Source of the DNA: Tamlana algarum
Lineage (GTDB): Bacteria > Bacteroidota > Bacteroidia > Flavobacteriales > Flavobacteriaceae
Direction: 5' to 3'
Assembly: GCA_947495775.1 (NCBI GenBank)
Contig: CANMAQ010000010.1
Coordinates: forward strand, 22,693 to 86,692
DNA length: 64,000 nt
Under the pieces are notes generated by a model, which saw nothing but the letters and a program-made list of their open reading frames with translations, had not been told where the DNA came from and searched no databases. A program made the translations under genes and the position numbers. Below are positions 38,166-50,500 of the stretch, piece by piece (position 1 is the first letter of the stretch; every line of letters begins with the position of its first letter).

Positions 38166-41100
38166 ATGTTTTCACTTTTAAAAACGAGACTTTTAACTTT
38201 TATTCTTTTTCTAAGCTTTTGTACTGTTTTTGGTCAAGAGTTAGACCTTAAAAATTTAAGTTTTGTAACTATAGAAAAAGGTGTTCCAAAAATGCCTATA
38301 TCCTCTATAACAGAAGACAACTCTGGTTTCATTTGGATTGGTACCAGAGGCGCAGGATTATACCGCTTCGATGGTATCAACTACTATCCATATGCTTATG
38401 ATGCTTTAGATGACACCTCTCTTAATAGCAACTTAATTTACACCACATATCTCGATTCTGAAAACAACCTTTGGGTAGGCACTAATGTTGGGTTAAACAA
38501 GTATAATCGTGATTTAGATGTTTTTGAACGTATCATTTTAAAGAAAAACCATCTGGATACACTTCAAAATATAAATGTAAAATCTCTTATCGAAGACGCT
38601 CATAAAAACCTAATTATAGGCTCTTACGACGATGGTATTAAAAAGCTATCTATAAAAGACCTTACAGTTTCAGACATTCAAATAGAAAATGACAGTAGTG
38701 ACGACTTATTTGTAAATCATTTATGCAGATCTAAAAACGGTATTGTTTACGCAGGGACTAATTTAGGCTTAAGACGTCTCAATTCTAAGTATAACACTCT
38801 AGAGGAAATTACTATAGCAAATAAAGCGCAACAACATCTTTTAGAAACCTATATCGAAACTGTTATTTTTGATAATGATGACAACCTCTGGGCAGGTACT
38901 GAAAACCAAGGCATCTACAAATTCTCTACTCTAGAACACAACCTTAAAATAGAAGTAAAACCTATTACAGACAAAAAAATATTATCACTATCCATTTTTA
39001 AAAACAAGATTTTGGTAGGCAGTGAGAATGACGGCTTATTCGTTTTAGATCCTAATGGTAAAATTCTTAAAAAGTATACCCATAAATTATATGATTCTAA
39101 AAGCATAGACTCCAATTCTATTTGGTCACTCTATGTAGACCACCAAAATAGATTATGGGTAGGCTATTACAATAGAGGTATTGGTATTCATGATAATTAC
39201 CGTAATAAATTCTACTCCATACAAAATCTCACGAATAACAACAACTCACTACAAGGGCAATCGGTAGCTGCTATAAAACAAGACCGAAGAGGGTGGTATT
39301 GGATTGGTGTAACGGGTGGCTTAGACATTTACAAACCTAAGACGAATGTATTTGAACATATTAATGGGTCTCCACACTCCCATTACAAAGGCTTAGATAG
39401 TGAATCTATACAAACCGTCTTCATTGACAGCAAAGAAAATGTATGGGTAGGCACTTGGGACAAAGGCATCTATCTTCTAAAAAAAGGCACAAAACGCTTT
39501 ATCAATTACAATCGCGAAAATACCAACGAAACATTAGCCTCTAATGGTATTGTAAGCTTTACTGAAGACTCTAATGGTAAAATTTGGATAGGCTCATTCT
39601 TAAAAGGGCTACATTATTACGATCCTGATACCGATACTTTTTTTCGTTGCGATTCAAAACCTTTCATAGATTACCACTTAACAAATTCGGATGTTAAAGT
39701 CGTAATGGCAGACCGTAATGATTATATATGGATGGGTACTACTAGCGGACTCTATCAAATAGAATTAATGGCTAGTGGTGCTTTTAAACTAAAATCCATG
39801 CGAGAAGCCATGGCCAAAATCACAAAAAACCATCCTAGTATCCACGATATACTTTCCATTTACCAATCTAATGATAATACCGTTTGGGTGGGCACCAATG
39901 GTGGAGGGCTTTTTTCTTATGATAAAACAACGGACACATTTACATCCTACGCAAATTTCGAAGGATTTACAGAAACCTCTGTAAACAGTATTATAGAAGA
40001 TGATACTAACGCCTTATGGGTAAGTGGTATTTCTGGTATTACCCATTTAAATTTACAACTAAAAAAAGCTATAAATTATACTATTGAAGATGGCTTAATG
40101 GATAACTATTTCAATAATGGCGCCGTGTTAAAGAATAAAGAAGGACACCTCTATTTTGGAGGCTATTCTGGGATCAATTATTTTAACCCTAAAAGCATAG
40201 AGACCAATGCTATTCCCCCAAAACTATACCTCTCGGCTCTAAAACTATTCAATAAAAATATTAAAATAAATGACGAAAAATCCCCTTTAAAAAAAGTCAT
40301 TTCACAAACCCAAAAAATCACATTAAAACATAATCAATCTGTTTTTACATTGTCTTATGGCAGTATTAGCTACACATTACCTAAAAAAAACCAATACTCT
40401 TACAAGCTAGAAGGGTTTGACAAGAGCTGGAATTATGTTGGCAATGCTACAAGTGCTACTTATACCAACTTACCACAAGGGGAATATATCTTTAAACTTA
40501 AGGCGGCCAATAACGATGGGGTTTGGACCGCGCAACCTTTAGAATTACAAATTAGTATTTTACCGCCATGGTGGAAAAGTATACCTGCATATATTGGTGC
40601 ATTGCTCCTTTTTTTAGCAGCTCTATTTTTAATTAGTAAATTTTTAAAAACACGGTTCCAACAACGCCAACTCATAGAATTTGAACGTGAAAAGCGACTA
40701 CAGGAAGAACACTTAAACAAAAAGAAACTTCAGTTTTTCACAAACATATCGCACGAATTTAGAACTCCTCTAACTCTTATTATAAATCCATTAGAAGATA
40801 TCATCAAAAACGAGGCTTTAGATTTACCCGAAACGGTTAAACACAAGCATAATATTATTCGTAAAAATGCAGACAGACTGTCGCGTTTAATTAATGAATT
40901 AATGGATTTTAGAAAGTTACAACTCAACAAAATTTTAGTACAAGCTAAAGAAATAGACATTATTTCTAAAGTTCAAGATGTTTTAGTCTATTTTGAAGAA
41001 GAAGCTAGGCAACGTCATATAGACATTACCTTTCAAACCTCTATAAGCAGTTTAAAAACATGGATTGACCCAGGCATGTTAGAAAAAATTCTTTTCAATA

Positions 41101-42320
41101 TATTATCCAATGCTTTTAAAATAACACCCGATAAAGGTAAAATTAGTGTCGTGATAAAAATAAGAGAAATTGCTGGAGCTGAAGACGTCGAACTATCTAA
41201 TACAATAGACATATCTATATCTGACACCGGCCCTGGATTAGATCAAAAAGAATACAAAAATATTTTTAAACGTTTTTATCAAGTTGGCAAAGACAATAAA
41301 GACTATTATGGCAGCACAGGTATAGGCTTAGAAATGGTTAAGAGTTTTACAAAGCTTAACAAGGGAAAAATTAATGTTAAGAGTATTATTGGAAAAGGCA
41401 CTACGTTTATCATCAGTTTTCCTATTGGAAAATCACAGTATACCAACGAAGAAATTGTAGATATTTCCATTCCTGAAGACATACAAAAACCTAGTTTTTC
41501 AAAAACAATCCATACACCAGAAGATTCCTTAAGTACGATTCCAGAAACAGAAGAATATGCTTTAGTAAAAAAAGAACATTCTGTACTTATTGTAGAAGAC
41601 AATATAGAACTTAGAGATTACCTTAAAAACGAATTAAAAAGCAGTTATACTGTTTTTACTGCCGAAAATGGAGCCTCTGGTTTTAAAATCGCCGAAACAG
41701 AAACGCCTAATATCATTCTCACAGATGTGGTTATGCCAGTCATGGATGGCTATGAACTTTGTCGTAACATAAAAACAAATGTAAAGACAAGTCATATTCC
41801 TTTACTCATGCTCACATCTAAAGTTATGACCGAGGAAAAAATAAAAGGCATAAACTCTGGTGCAGATGCTTATTTAAACAAGCCTTTCGACATGGGGATT
41901 CTAAAATCTACACTTTCTCAGCTACTCACAAGCAGGCAGTTGCTATTTGATAAATATAACGCAGGTTTTATTGCCAATGGCACTAAAACACAAACAACCC
42001 CTTTAGATAAAACCTTTATTGAAAAAGTTTTAGATTTTATTGGTTCAAACATTAGCGACACTAATCTTGGTGTAGAAATACTTTCTAGTGAATTTAACTT
42101 AAGTCGAAGTCAATTTTACAGAAAAATTAAAGCATTAACAGGGATTTCTGCGAACGAACTTATTCGGAAAATTAGATTAGAAAAGGCTAAACAACTTTTA
42201 AAAACAGGAAATTATAACGTAAATGAAGTGACGTATAAAATCGGGTTTTCTTCTCCTTCTTATTTTACAAAATGTTTTAAATCTGAATACGGCTACCTTC
42301 CTACTGATTCTATGAAATAG
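38166..42320 (+). CDS. hybrid two-component system (beta-propeller sensor, Y_Y_Y, HisKA, HATPase, REC, AraC)
   Basis: Start re-called at ATG 38166. Reg_prop-like repeats, YKLEGFD, ISHEFRTPLTLI, TDVVMPVMDG, GFSSPSYFTKCFK. Confidence 0.95.
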   Translation: MFSLLKTRLLTFILFLSFCTVFGQELDLKNLSFVTIEKGVPKMPISSITEDNSGFIWIGTRGAGLYRFDGINYYPYAYDALDDTSLNSNLIYTTYLDSENNLWVGTNVGLNKYNRDLDVFERIILKKNHLDTLQNINVKSLIEDAHKNLIIGSYDDGIKKLSIKDLTVSDIQIENDSSDDLFVNHLCRSKNGIVYAGTNLGLRRLNSKYNTLEEITIANKAQQHLLETYIETVIFDNDDNLWAGTENQGIYKFSTLEHNLKIEVKPITDKKILSLSIFKNKILVGSENDGLFVLDPNGKILKKYTHKLYDSKSIDSNSIWSLYVDHQNRLWVGYYNRGIGIHDNYRNKFYSIQNLTNNNNSLQGQSVAAIKQDRRGWYWIGVTGGLDIYKPKTNVFEHINGSPHSHYKGLDSESIQTVFIDSKENVWVGTWDKGIYLLKKGTKRFINYNRENTNETLASNGIVSFTEDSNGKIWIGSFLKGLHYYDPDTDTFFRCDSKPFIDYHLTNSDVKVVMADRNDYIWMGTTSGLYQIELMASGAFKLKSMREAMAKITKNHPSIHDILSIYQSNDNTVWVGTNGGGLFSYDKTTDTFTSYANFEGFTETSVNSIIEDDTNALWVSGISGITHLNLQLKKAINYTIEDGLMDNYFNNGAVLKNKEGHLYFGGYSGINYFNPKSIETNAIPPKLYLSALKLFNKNIKINDEKSPLKKVISQTQKITLKHNQSVFTLSYGSISYTLPKKNQYSYKLEGFDKSWNYVGNATSATYTNLPQGEYIFKLKAANNDGVWTAQPLELQISILPPWWKSIPAYIGALLLFLAALFLISKFLKTRFQQRQLIEFEREKRLQEEHLNKKKLQFFTNISHEFRTPLTLIINPLEDIIKNEALDLPETVKHKHNIIRKNADRLSRLINELMDFRKLQLNKILVQAKEIDIISKVQDVLVYFEEEARQRHIDITFQTSISSLKTWIDPGMLEKILFNILSNAFKITPDKGKISVVIKIREIAGAEDVELSNTIDISISDTGPGLDQKEYKNIFKRFYQVGKDNKDYYGSTGIGLEMVKSFTKLNKGKINVKSIIGKGTTFIISFPIGKSQYTNEEIVDISIPEDIQKPSFSKTIHTPEDSLSTIPETEEYALVKKEHSVLIVEDNIELRDYLKNELKSSYTVFTAENGASGFKIAETETPNIILTDVVMPVMDGYELCRNIKTNVKTSHIPLLMLTSKVMTEEKIKGINSGADAYLNKPFDMGILKSTLSQLLTSRQLLFDKYNAGFIANGTKTQTTPLDKTFIEKVLDFIGSNISDTNLGVEILSSEFNLSRSQFYRKIKALTGISANELIRKIRLEKAKQLLKTGNYNVNEVTYKIGFSSPSYFTKCFKSEYGYLPTDSMK

Positions 42321-42438
42321 GGTTAAAATTTTACAGCACGATTCTATTTCTTTTAAAAATCATGTCTATTCTAGACCTCATAGGTTTTAGAAGGAGCGCT
42401 ATATGTTTTGTACTGTACGCTCTAAAACCATTTAATAA

Positions 42439-42477
42439 GGCTACACTTAAAACTAATCCTTAGTTTTAAGTGTAGCC
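42439..42477. terminator. perfect 17-bp hairpin after the HTCS gene
   Basis: GGCTACACTTAAAACTA-ATCCT-TAGTTTTAAGTGTAGCC. Confidence 0.6.
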
Positions 42478-42642
42478 CCAAAATCAAGAACGCTAAATCT
42501 CACACTAAATACAGTACTATTCTTCAATAAAACTTGAATTAGTTATTACAAACTAAACCCAAGCACACCTAGTAGCCTTAACCTCTCAAAAGCACTTTCA
42601 AATGTTAAAAAAACCTACTTTTCATATGCTTAGTATTACATT

Positions 42643-42709
42643 TGCATCAAAAATACCAGTTATTGCTTCAATTCTTTTAGATCAAAACTCTAATCAGCAG
42701 GTAAATTTG
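42643..42709 (+). promoter_or_regulatory. susC promoter: TGCATCA/TGCTTCA direct repeat (21-bp period) followed by -7 box TAAATTTG
   Basis: Repeats start at 42643 and 42664; TAAATTTG at 42702-42709. Confidence 0.5.
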
Positions 42710-42768
42710 AAGAACTCATAATAAACTTTAACACAAATATTAACTATAACTAATTAAACTCAACATTT

Positions 42769-45700
42769 ATGACAATGTATTTTTTAAAAAAACTGCGCTT
42801 TGTTGTAGTCTTTATTTTTACCAGTACGGTGTTTTCCCAATCCGTAACCGGTATAATTTCTGATGGCACTAATCCGCTACCTGGTGCCAGTATAATAGAG
42901 AAAGGCACATCCAACGGTGTTACTACAGATTTTGATGGTAAGTACAAAATTCAAAACCTATCCGAAAACGCTATTTTAGTCGTTAGCTATATAGGCTTCC
43001 TTACACAAGAAATTCCTGTGGCAGGAAAAGAAGTCGTTAATATCGTTTTAGACGAAGATATAGCCACTTTAGATGAAGTTGTTGTAGTTGGATATGGTAC
43101 TCAAAAAAGATCCAATCTTACTACTGCCATTTCATCTGTAAAATCAGAAGAAATTAGTGAAATTCCTGCGGCAGATATTGCCCAAACATTGCAAGGTAGA
43201 GCTGCTGGTGTTAACATTACGAGCGGTGGCTCTCCAGGATCAAGAACTTTAGTCGCTATTAGAGGGTTGAACACCTTTGGAGATGGCGAGCCTTTATATG
43301 TTGTTGATGGCGTTTTTACAGGTAGTATAAATAGTATAGACCCCAATAACATCGAAAAAATAGATGTTTTAAAAGATGCAGCGGCGGCAGCTATTTATGG
43401 CTCTAGAGGTTCTAATGGTGTTATTATTATCACCACCAAAAAAGGTGTTGTAGGTAAAACATCATTTAAATTTGGCACCTATACAGGCTTCCAACGTTCT
43501 AATGAGAGGTACAATTTGCTAAATACAGAACAATATGTACAATACATTAGAGAAATAAATGCGCAACAACAAGGTGGTACCGAAATTGGTGTCATAAATG
43601 ACAATCCACTATTTAATGGTAATGGTATAGAAACTGATTGGCAAGATGCCTTATTTAGAACTGCACTTTTAACAAATTATAACTTTGGTGCTAATGGTGG
43701 AACAGAAAAAGCCAAGTATAATTTTGCATTCTCTGCATTCGATCAAGATGGTATCTATATAGACACGAACTTTAAACGCTACACCTTCAATGCCAATGCA
43801 GAAGCAAAAATAAATGACTTTTTCAAGTTAGGAGAAACTTTTGCTTATGGTTACACAGAAACCATAGCGCCTGAAGTAAGTGGAGGACGTGTACCGCTTT
43901 ACAATATTATTGCAGCGGCGCCATATATTCCTATTCGTAATGCCAACGGCACCTTTGGATCACCTAATGATGGAGATGTTAACAACTCTAGAAACCAAGT
44001 TAGAGTACAAGATACTGAGGATAATTTAAATAGAGCTACGTCACTTATTGGAAGTTTATATGCAGAATTCAAAATTTTTAAAGGTTTAACCTTTAGATCT
44101 CAATTTGGTTTAGATGCGACCTATAGTTTTCAAGATGATATCTCTAGAGCTTTTGCAACAAGTGGACAATTTAACCAAGCGAATACTGTAGTATCTAAGA
44201 GCCGTACAAATGATATATCAACGATATTAACCAATACACTTAACTACAATAAATCATTTGCAGGACACAATTTCGATCTAACCTTAGTTGCTGAAGAGCA
44301 AAACAGGACATTTGAAGTTTTAAGTGGTGACCTTTCTACAGACATTACTTCTGAAATTCCAGAGGTACAAAATGGATTTTCGGATAGTAGAACGATTCCT
44401 ATAAACTTAGTTTCTTATTTAGGGCGTTTAAACTACAACTATAAAGGTAAATATTTACTACAAGCCTCTATACGTAGAGATAAGTCTAGTTTATTTGCCC
44501 CAGAAAATAGTGTAGGTTGGTTCCCTGGTGGATCTCTTGGTTGGGTTGCTTCTAATGAAAGTTTCCTTCAAGATAATGATGTCATTAATAATTTAAAATT
44601 TAAGGCCAGTTATGGTATAACAGGTAATAATCGATTACCAAACCGCTTTAATCGCGTTAATCAATTTACGCCTGCTGTTGGTTCTGGCTTTAATTTTCCT
44701 ATAAATGGTATTACTGAAAACGGTTTTTCTGTTGTTGGTGCAAACAATCGTGATTTGGTTTGGGAAAGAGGTATCAACCAGAATTATGGCTTCGAAATAG
44801 GTTTATGGAATAATAAAGTCACTTTTGCCGCCGATTATTTTAATAATGCCAGTGATGGTCTAATCGTAGGAGAAGCACAAAGACCATCTGCAGGAATCCC
44901 AGGAGAGAAAATAAACGGTGTTGTTGTTCCAAAAAATGTGGGAGATGTTGAAGTTAGCGGTCTTGAACTTACTTTAGGATATAACGATTATGAAGGCGAT
45001 TTTAAATGGAGTTTCTGGGGTAATGTCTCCAACTCTAAAAGTGAAGTACGCTCCTTAGGTTCTATTACACAACAATTACGACAAGCTTCTTTTAATCCGC
45101 CTTTTTCAGAGCAATTAAGCCGTTTAGCGCCAGGAGAACCTATATTTCACTTCTTTGGTTTAGAATTTGAAGGTGTTTATGCTGATGAACAAGAAATCAT
45201 AGACCATTTAGGAGCTGACAACTTAGACCCAGAATCTGGACAAGTCTTAACTGTACAACCTGGAGATGTACGCTACAGAGATGTTAATGGTGATGGAGAT
45301 ATTGATGATAGAGATCGTTTTGTCATTGGAGACCCAAATCCAGATTTTACATTTGCTGCTAACATCAAAGCAGAATATAAAAACTTTGATATAAGTTTAT
45401 TATTCAATGGTGTTTATGGTGTAGATGCATTAAATTCTAATATATGGTTTTTACAAGGACAAGAAAACGTAACCAATCACGGTGTAGAGGTTTTAAGACG
45501 CTGGCAAAACCCAGGAGATATCACAGATGTGCCTCGATTTAGGTTTGAAGGTGGTAACCCTAATAACTTTATTTCTACACGTTACATCCAAGATGCGTCC
45601 TTTGTAAGACTTAGAAACGTAACTTTAGGCTATTCATTACCAGCGCCCTTGTTGAATAATACATTTAAAGGTGTTGTGAGTAAAGCTAGGCTATATGTTC

Positions 45701-45858
45701 AAGGTCAAAACTTATTAACCTTCACAGATTATGATGGCTTAGACCCAGAAATATCACCTTTCTATGGTGCAGATGGCTTACTACAAGGTACTAACATAGA
45801 TCGCGGTGAAGCACCAAGACCACAAACACTTATACTAGGTTTACAATTAGAATTTTAA
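42769..45858 (+). CDS. susC: SusC/RagA TonB-dependent transporter
   Basis: LDEVVVVGYGTQ, LYVVDG, LKDAAAAAIYGSRGSNGVIIITTK, SFVRLRNVTLGY, C-terminal F. Confidence 0.97.
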   Translation: MTMYFLKKLRFVVVFIFTSTVFSQSVTGIISDGTNPLPGASIIEKGTSNGVTTDFDGKYKIQNLSENAILVVSYIGFLTQEIPVAGKEVVNIVLDEDIATLDEVVVVGYGTQKRSNLTTAISSVKSEEISEIPAADIAQTLQGRAAGVNITSGGSPGSRTLVAIRGLNTFGDGEPLYVVDGVFTGSINSIDPNNIEKIDVLKDAAAAAIYGSRGSNGVIIITTKKGVVGKTSFKFGTYTGFQRSNERYNLLNTEQYVQYIREINAQQQGGTEIGVINDNPLFNGNGIETDWQDALFRTALLTNYNFGANGGTEKAKYNFAFSAFDQDGIYIDTNFKRYTFNANAEAKINDFFKLGETFAYGYTETIAPEVSGGRVPLYNIIAAAPYIPIRNANGTFGSPNDGDVNNSRNQVRVQDTEDNLNRATSLIGSLYAEFKIFKGLTFRSQFGLDATYSFQDDISRAFATSGQFNQANTVVSKSRTNDISTILTNTLNYNKSFAGHNFDLTLVAEEQNRTFEVLSGDLSTDITSEIPEVQNGFSDSRTIPINLVSYLGRLNYNYKGKYLLQASIRRDKSSLFAPENSVGWFPGGSLGWVASNESFLQDNDVINNLKFKASYGITGNNRLPNRFNRVNQFTPAVGSGFNFPINGITENGFSVVGANNRDLVWERGINQNYGFEIGLWNNKVTFAADYFNNASDGLIVGEAQRPSAGIPGEKINGVVVPKNVGDVEVSGLELTLGYNDYEGDFKWSFWGNVSNSKSEVRSLGSITQQLRQASFNPPFSEQLSRLAPGEPIFHFFGLEFEGVYADEQEIIDHLGADNLDPESGQVLTVQPGDVRYRDVNGDGDIDDRDRFVIGDPNPDFTFAANIKAEYKNFDISLLFNGVYGVDALNSNIWFLQGQENVTNHGVEVLRRWQNPGDITDVPRFRFEGGNPNNFISTRYIQDASFVRLRNVTLGYSLPAPLLNNTFKGVVSKARLYVQGQNLLTFTDYDGLDPEISPFYGADGLLQGTNIDRGEAPRPQTLILGLQLEF

Positions 45859-45864
45859 AAAATT

Positions 45865-47367
45865 ATGAAAACAGAATTTAAATTTAATTTAGTAATCTTA
45901 ATGATGGCTGCTTTATTTGCAGTATCATGTCAAGATGATGTTGCTGTACGTAACACAAATGACCTTTCAAGAGAAACTTTCTTTCAAAATATTGCACAAA
46001 TTGAAGCCTCTGCAAACGCAGCCTATGCACAGTTACAAAATGCAGGTTTGTATCAGCGCTTTGGTTATATATTACCTGATGCGTTTTCTGATGAATCTAT
46101 ATCTCGAGCTGATCCCAATTTCGTTACCGCATTCTTATTTGCTTTAACACCTTCTTTAGAACAAAGTTCACTTACATGGAACAATTGTTACAATGGTATT
46201 GGTGCTTGTAATTTCGTTATAGAAGGCGAGGAAGTTATGCGATCTAATTTAGACAATTCAGATTTTACCGAAGCTGATGTAGAAGATGCTGTAGGACAAG
46301 CTTATTTCCTTAGAGGTCTTTATTACTATTTTCTAGTTAAGCGCTATGGAGGTGTACCTTTACTTTTAGAATCTCAGGACAATATCACTCCAGAACCAAG
46401 AGCCACTGTAGACCGTGTATACCAAAGTATCATTAGCGATTTAAATACAGCTGTTGGACTATTGTATCCAAAGGGCAGTACTGAAAATGGTAGAGCAACG
46501 CGCGGTGCAGCATTAGGATTACTTGGTAAGGTATATCTACACAGAGAAATGTACCCTGAAGCACAAAGCACATTTGCACAAATTACAGACTATACTTTAT
46601 TACCATTAGAAGATTATGACGACAACTTTAATGATTCTGGAGAATATAACGACGAATCTATGTTTGAAGTTTCATTTAATGGAGATAGTATCGAAGCGGA
46701 TTTATGGTCTCAAACCGGTATTGGAGTATCTGAAGTCACTTTTCACGCTCAAGAATATACCGCATGGGGGAACTTATTTCCATCAGATAAACTTATAGAT
46801 GAATTTGAAGAAGGCGATCCGCGATTACAATCTGCTATTTTACAAGACGGTGATCTTTTTGGTCCCAATGATGATTTGGTTTGGTCTGAAGGTACAAGAT
46901 GGCATAAATTTTCTCAGCTATACGATAATCCCGCTGTAGTACAAAATGGCTCAACAAATGCACGTATATTAAGATATGCCGACGTTATATTAATGCAAGC
47001 CGAAGTAGAACACGAATTAGGTAACGATCCTGGAGCTATAGAGTTTCTAAATCAAATTCGTGCCAGAGTAGAAATGCCGCTATATGGCACGCCCGAAATG
47101 GATGCCGCTGGTTTCCCTGTCGATACTCCCGACGGCGTATTCAACGCCATTGTACATGAACGCATGGTCGAATTATGTGGGGAACAAGTACGATTTGATG
47201 ATTTGGTACGGTGGGATCTCGATGATCAGGAAATTAGTTCCAGTTTAGATATTCAAGGCAATACGAGAAACTATAATCCAGAAATACATCGTCTCATCCC
47301 TATTCCTCAGGTTGAAATTGATGCGAACCTTGCTATATCAGAATCTGATCAAAATTTCGGTTACTAA
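45865..47367 (+). CDS. susD: SusD/RagB glycan-binding lipoprotein
   Basis: Lipobox AVSC-QDD, GQAYFLRGLYY, LRYADVILMQAE, LNQIRAR, ERMVELCGEQ.RFDDLVRW. Confidence 0.96.
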   Translation: MKTEFKFNLVILMMAALFAVSCQDDVAVRNTNDLSRETFFQNIAQIEASANAAYAQLQNAGLYQRFGYILPDAFSDESISRADPNFVTAFLFALTPSLEQSSLTWNNCYNGIGACNFVIEGEEVMRSNLDNSDFTEADVEDAVGQAYFLRGLYYYFLVKRYGGVPLLLESQDNITPEPRATVDRVYQSIISDLNTAVGLLYPKGSTENGRATRGAALGLLGKVYLHREMYPEAQSTFAQITDYTLLPLEDYDDNFNDSGEYNDESMFEVSFNGDSIEADLWSQTGIGVSEVTFHAQEYTAWGNLFPSDKLIDEFEEGDPRLQSAILQDGDLFGPNDDLVWSEGTRWHKFSQLYDNPAVVQNGSTNARILRYADVILMQAEVEHELGNDPGAIEFLNQIRARVEMPLYGTPEMDAAGFPVDTPDGVFNAIVHERMVELCGEQVRFDDLVRWDLDDQEISSSLDIQGNTRNYNPEIHRLIPIPQVEIDANLAISESDQNFGY

Positions 47368-47418
47368 ATTCAATACCAACGATAGTTTAAGTGAATTACA
47401 ATTAACTTGTTTTTCTAT

Positions 47419-47452
47419 AGAGAGAGTAAGACGAAGAGTTCTTACTCTTTCT
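47419..47452 (+). terminator. intra-PUL hairpin after susD
   Basis: AGAGTAAGA-CGAAGAGT-TCTTACTCT followed by a T-rich tract. Confidence 0.55.
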
Positions 47453-47527
47453 TTATTTCAAAAAAACATCTTATATCCAACTAATACCATAATCATTTAA
47501 AAGATTATTTTTTTTGTATATTAAAGT

Positions 47528-50500
47528 ATGAAAATAACACACTACTTTATTCTGTTCTGCTTCGTTTTTAATTACACCTCTTGTAAAAAAAATGCAGTTG
47601 AAACACCCCCAAATAAAAACACGAAAAGCACGCCATTATTTCAACAACTAAAAAAGGACACTACAGGCATCACTTTTGCAAACATTCTGACAGAAAATGA
47701 TACGCTAAACTATTTCACTTATCCTTATTTATATATGGGAGGCGGCATATCTGCTGGAGACATTAATAACGACGGTCTTACAGATTTGTTTTTTACGGGC
47801 AATATGGTAGCCAACAAACTATATCTTAATAAAGGCAACCTAAAATTTGAAGACATCACAGATAGCGCTAATATTAGTGGTGATAACAGGTGGTATACAG
47901 GAACAACAATGGCTGATGTGAACAACGATGGTTTCTTAGACATCTATTGCCTTGTAGGAGGCCAATCCCAACCTAAACAAAATCAATTATTTATCAACAA
48001 TGGCGATCATACATTTACAGAAAGCGCTAAAGCTTATGGTCTGGACGATATAGGCAATAGTGTTGATGCTTCTTTTTTTGATTATGATAACGATGGTGAT
48101 CTAGATGTTTATGTCGCAAACTACCCCATCACGCCTTTTAACTATAACAGCTACAACTATAAAATGCGCATGGATCGCGTAACTGATGTAGAAACAGATA
48201 ACCTTTATAGAAATGACGGCAAAACTTTTACAAAAGTAACAGAAGCTGCGCATGTAAAATTATACAGTCTGTCTTTAAGTGTTACGGTCGCCGACCTTAA
48301 TAACGATGGTTGGTTCGACCTCTATGTTTCTAATGATTTTGGGACGCCAGATTGTATGTATATCAATAATCAAGACGGCACCTTTACAGACAAAATAAAG
48401 GAAACAACGCAACACACGTCGTTTTATGGCATGGGTGTCGATATTGCAGATTTCAATAATGATGGGCTATTAGATATCCTTCAAATGGATATGGATGCAG
48501 CTTCTAACAGACGCTCGAAAGCCAACATGGCAAGTATGAATCCTAAGTTATTCACCAATATTGAAAAAGCAGGATTTCAATACCAATACATGCAAAACAC
48601 ACTACAATTAGGCTTAGGGAATCATGGCGGTTCAACCCCTAAGTTTAGTGACATCTCTCGTTTAGCAGGATTATCCTCTACAGACTGGAGTTGGGCCCCT
48701 TTATTTGTCGATTTAGACAACGATGGTTGGAAAGACATCTTTATTTCCAATGGAACCCGACGTGAAATTAACAATAAAGACTATTTTGCAGCACTTCGAG
48801 GAAAAAAGAAACACAAAGACAGTTTGCTTTCTAAGAGCTTAAAAATACCCGCTGAAAAACTGGATAACTATGTCTTTAAAAACAATAAGAATTTAACCTT
48901 TGAAAAAGCAAATCAAGATTGGGGCTTAACTTATAAAGGATTTTCAAATGGTGCTGTTTATGTAGATTTAGACAACGATGGCGATCTTGAAATCTTAACG
49001 AATAACATTGATGACGCTGTCACGCTTTTTGAAAACAAAAGTGCAGAAAAGCACAATTACATCACATTTAATTTCACAGGGCACCCCAAAAACACCTTTG
49101 GTTTGGGGACTAAAGTCGACATTGATTTAGAAGAGTTTCAACAAACTCAAACCCTTACTTTAAGTCGAGGGTTTCAATCTTCAGTAGCGCCTCAATTGCA
49201 TTTTGGGTTGGGCACAGCAACTAAAATAAAAGCCGCTAAAATTTCATGGCCCGATGGTAAAATTCAAATTCTAAATGATGTAAAGGCCAATCAACATATT
49301 ACGGCAAACTATAAAGATGCGACTTTAGCGAAATCCAGTAATAGTGCTAAAACCGCGATAGACTCTCATTTATTTGATAGCTATGCAGATACCTTAGCAC
49401 TCTATAAACATAAAGAAAATGTATTTGATGATTTTAAATATGAAGTTTTACTGCCGCACAAAACATCTCAATTTGGTCCGGGCATCACTGTTGGCGATCT
49501 TAACGGAGATGGATTAGATGATTTTTACGTTGGAGCTGCTTCAAAATACCCTGGTGGTCTCTTTTTTCAAACCCAAGATGGTCGTTTCGAACAACAAAAA
49601 CTCAAATTACTTTTAGAAGACCGCTTTCATGAAGACATTGGCGCTCTTATTTTTGACGCTGATAACGATGGTGATAATGACCTTTATATTGTAAGTGGTG
49701 GAAACGAATTTGGAACGACTTCTAAACGCTTACAAGACCGCCTTTACGTAAACCGAGGTGATGGCCATTTTTATAAAAGTAAATTTGCATTGCCCGAATT
49801 CACATCAAGTGGCAGTCGTGTTGTTGCTAATGATTACGATAAAGATGGTGATATTGATCTTTTTGTTTGCGGTAGATTGACACCTGCAAACTATCCTTAT
49901 CCTGCGAACAGCTATCTGCTGGAAAACATTAGCAAAAGAGGAAGGCCTCAATTCAAAAAAGCCAACTCTAAAGAGGCAGATTTCTCAAAATTAGGCTTAG
50001 TAACAACAGCCTTATGGATGGATTATGACAAAGATGGTTGGGACGACCTTTTCGTGTCTGGAGAATGGATGCCAATAAAAGTGTTTAAAAACACCAAAGG
50101 GGCGTTTAAAGATGTAACAAAATCCCTCGGTTTAGAAGATACCGTAGGGTGGTGGTTTAGTCTTGCTAGTGGTGATTTTGATAAGGATGGAGATCTTGAT
50201 TTAATTTGTGGGAACCTCGGTTTAAATTATAAGTATAAAGCCAATGCCGAGGAAACTTTCGATATTTATTTTAACGATTTTGACGAAAACAACCGCAACG
50301 ACATTGTACTTAGCTACTATAATGAAGGTAAAAAATACCCTGTAAGAGGACGAGAGTGTTCCTCGCAACAAATACCGAGTATAAAAAAACAGTTTAAAAA
50401 TTACACCGACTTCTCTACAGCAACTTTAACCGATGTTTATGATGAAACTAAGTTGAAAAAGGGGCTACACTATCAAGTCAAATCATTTGCAAGTATCTAC

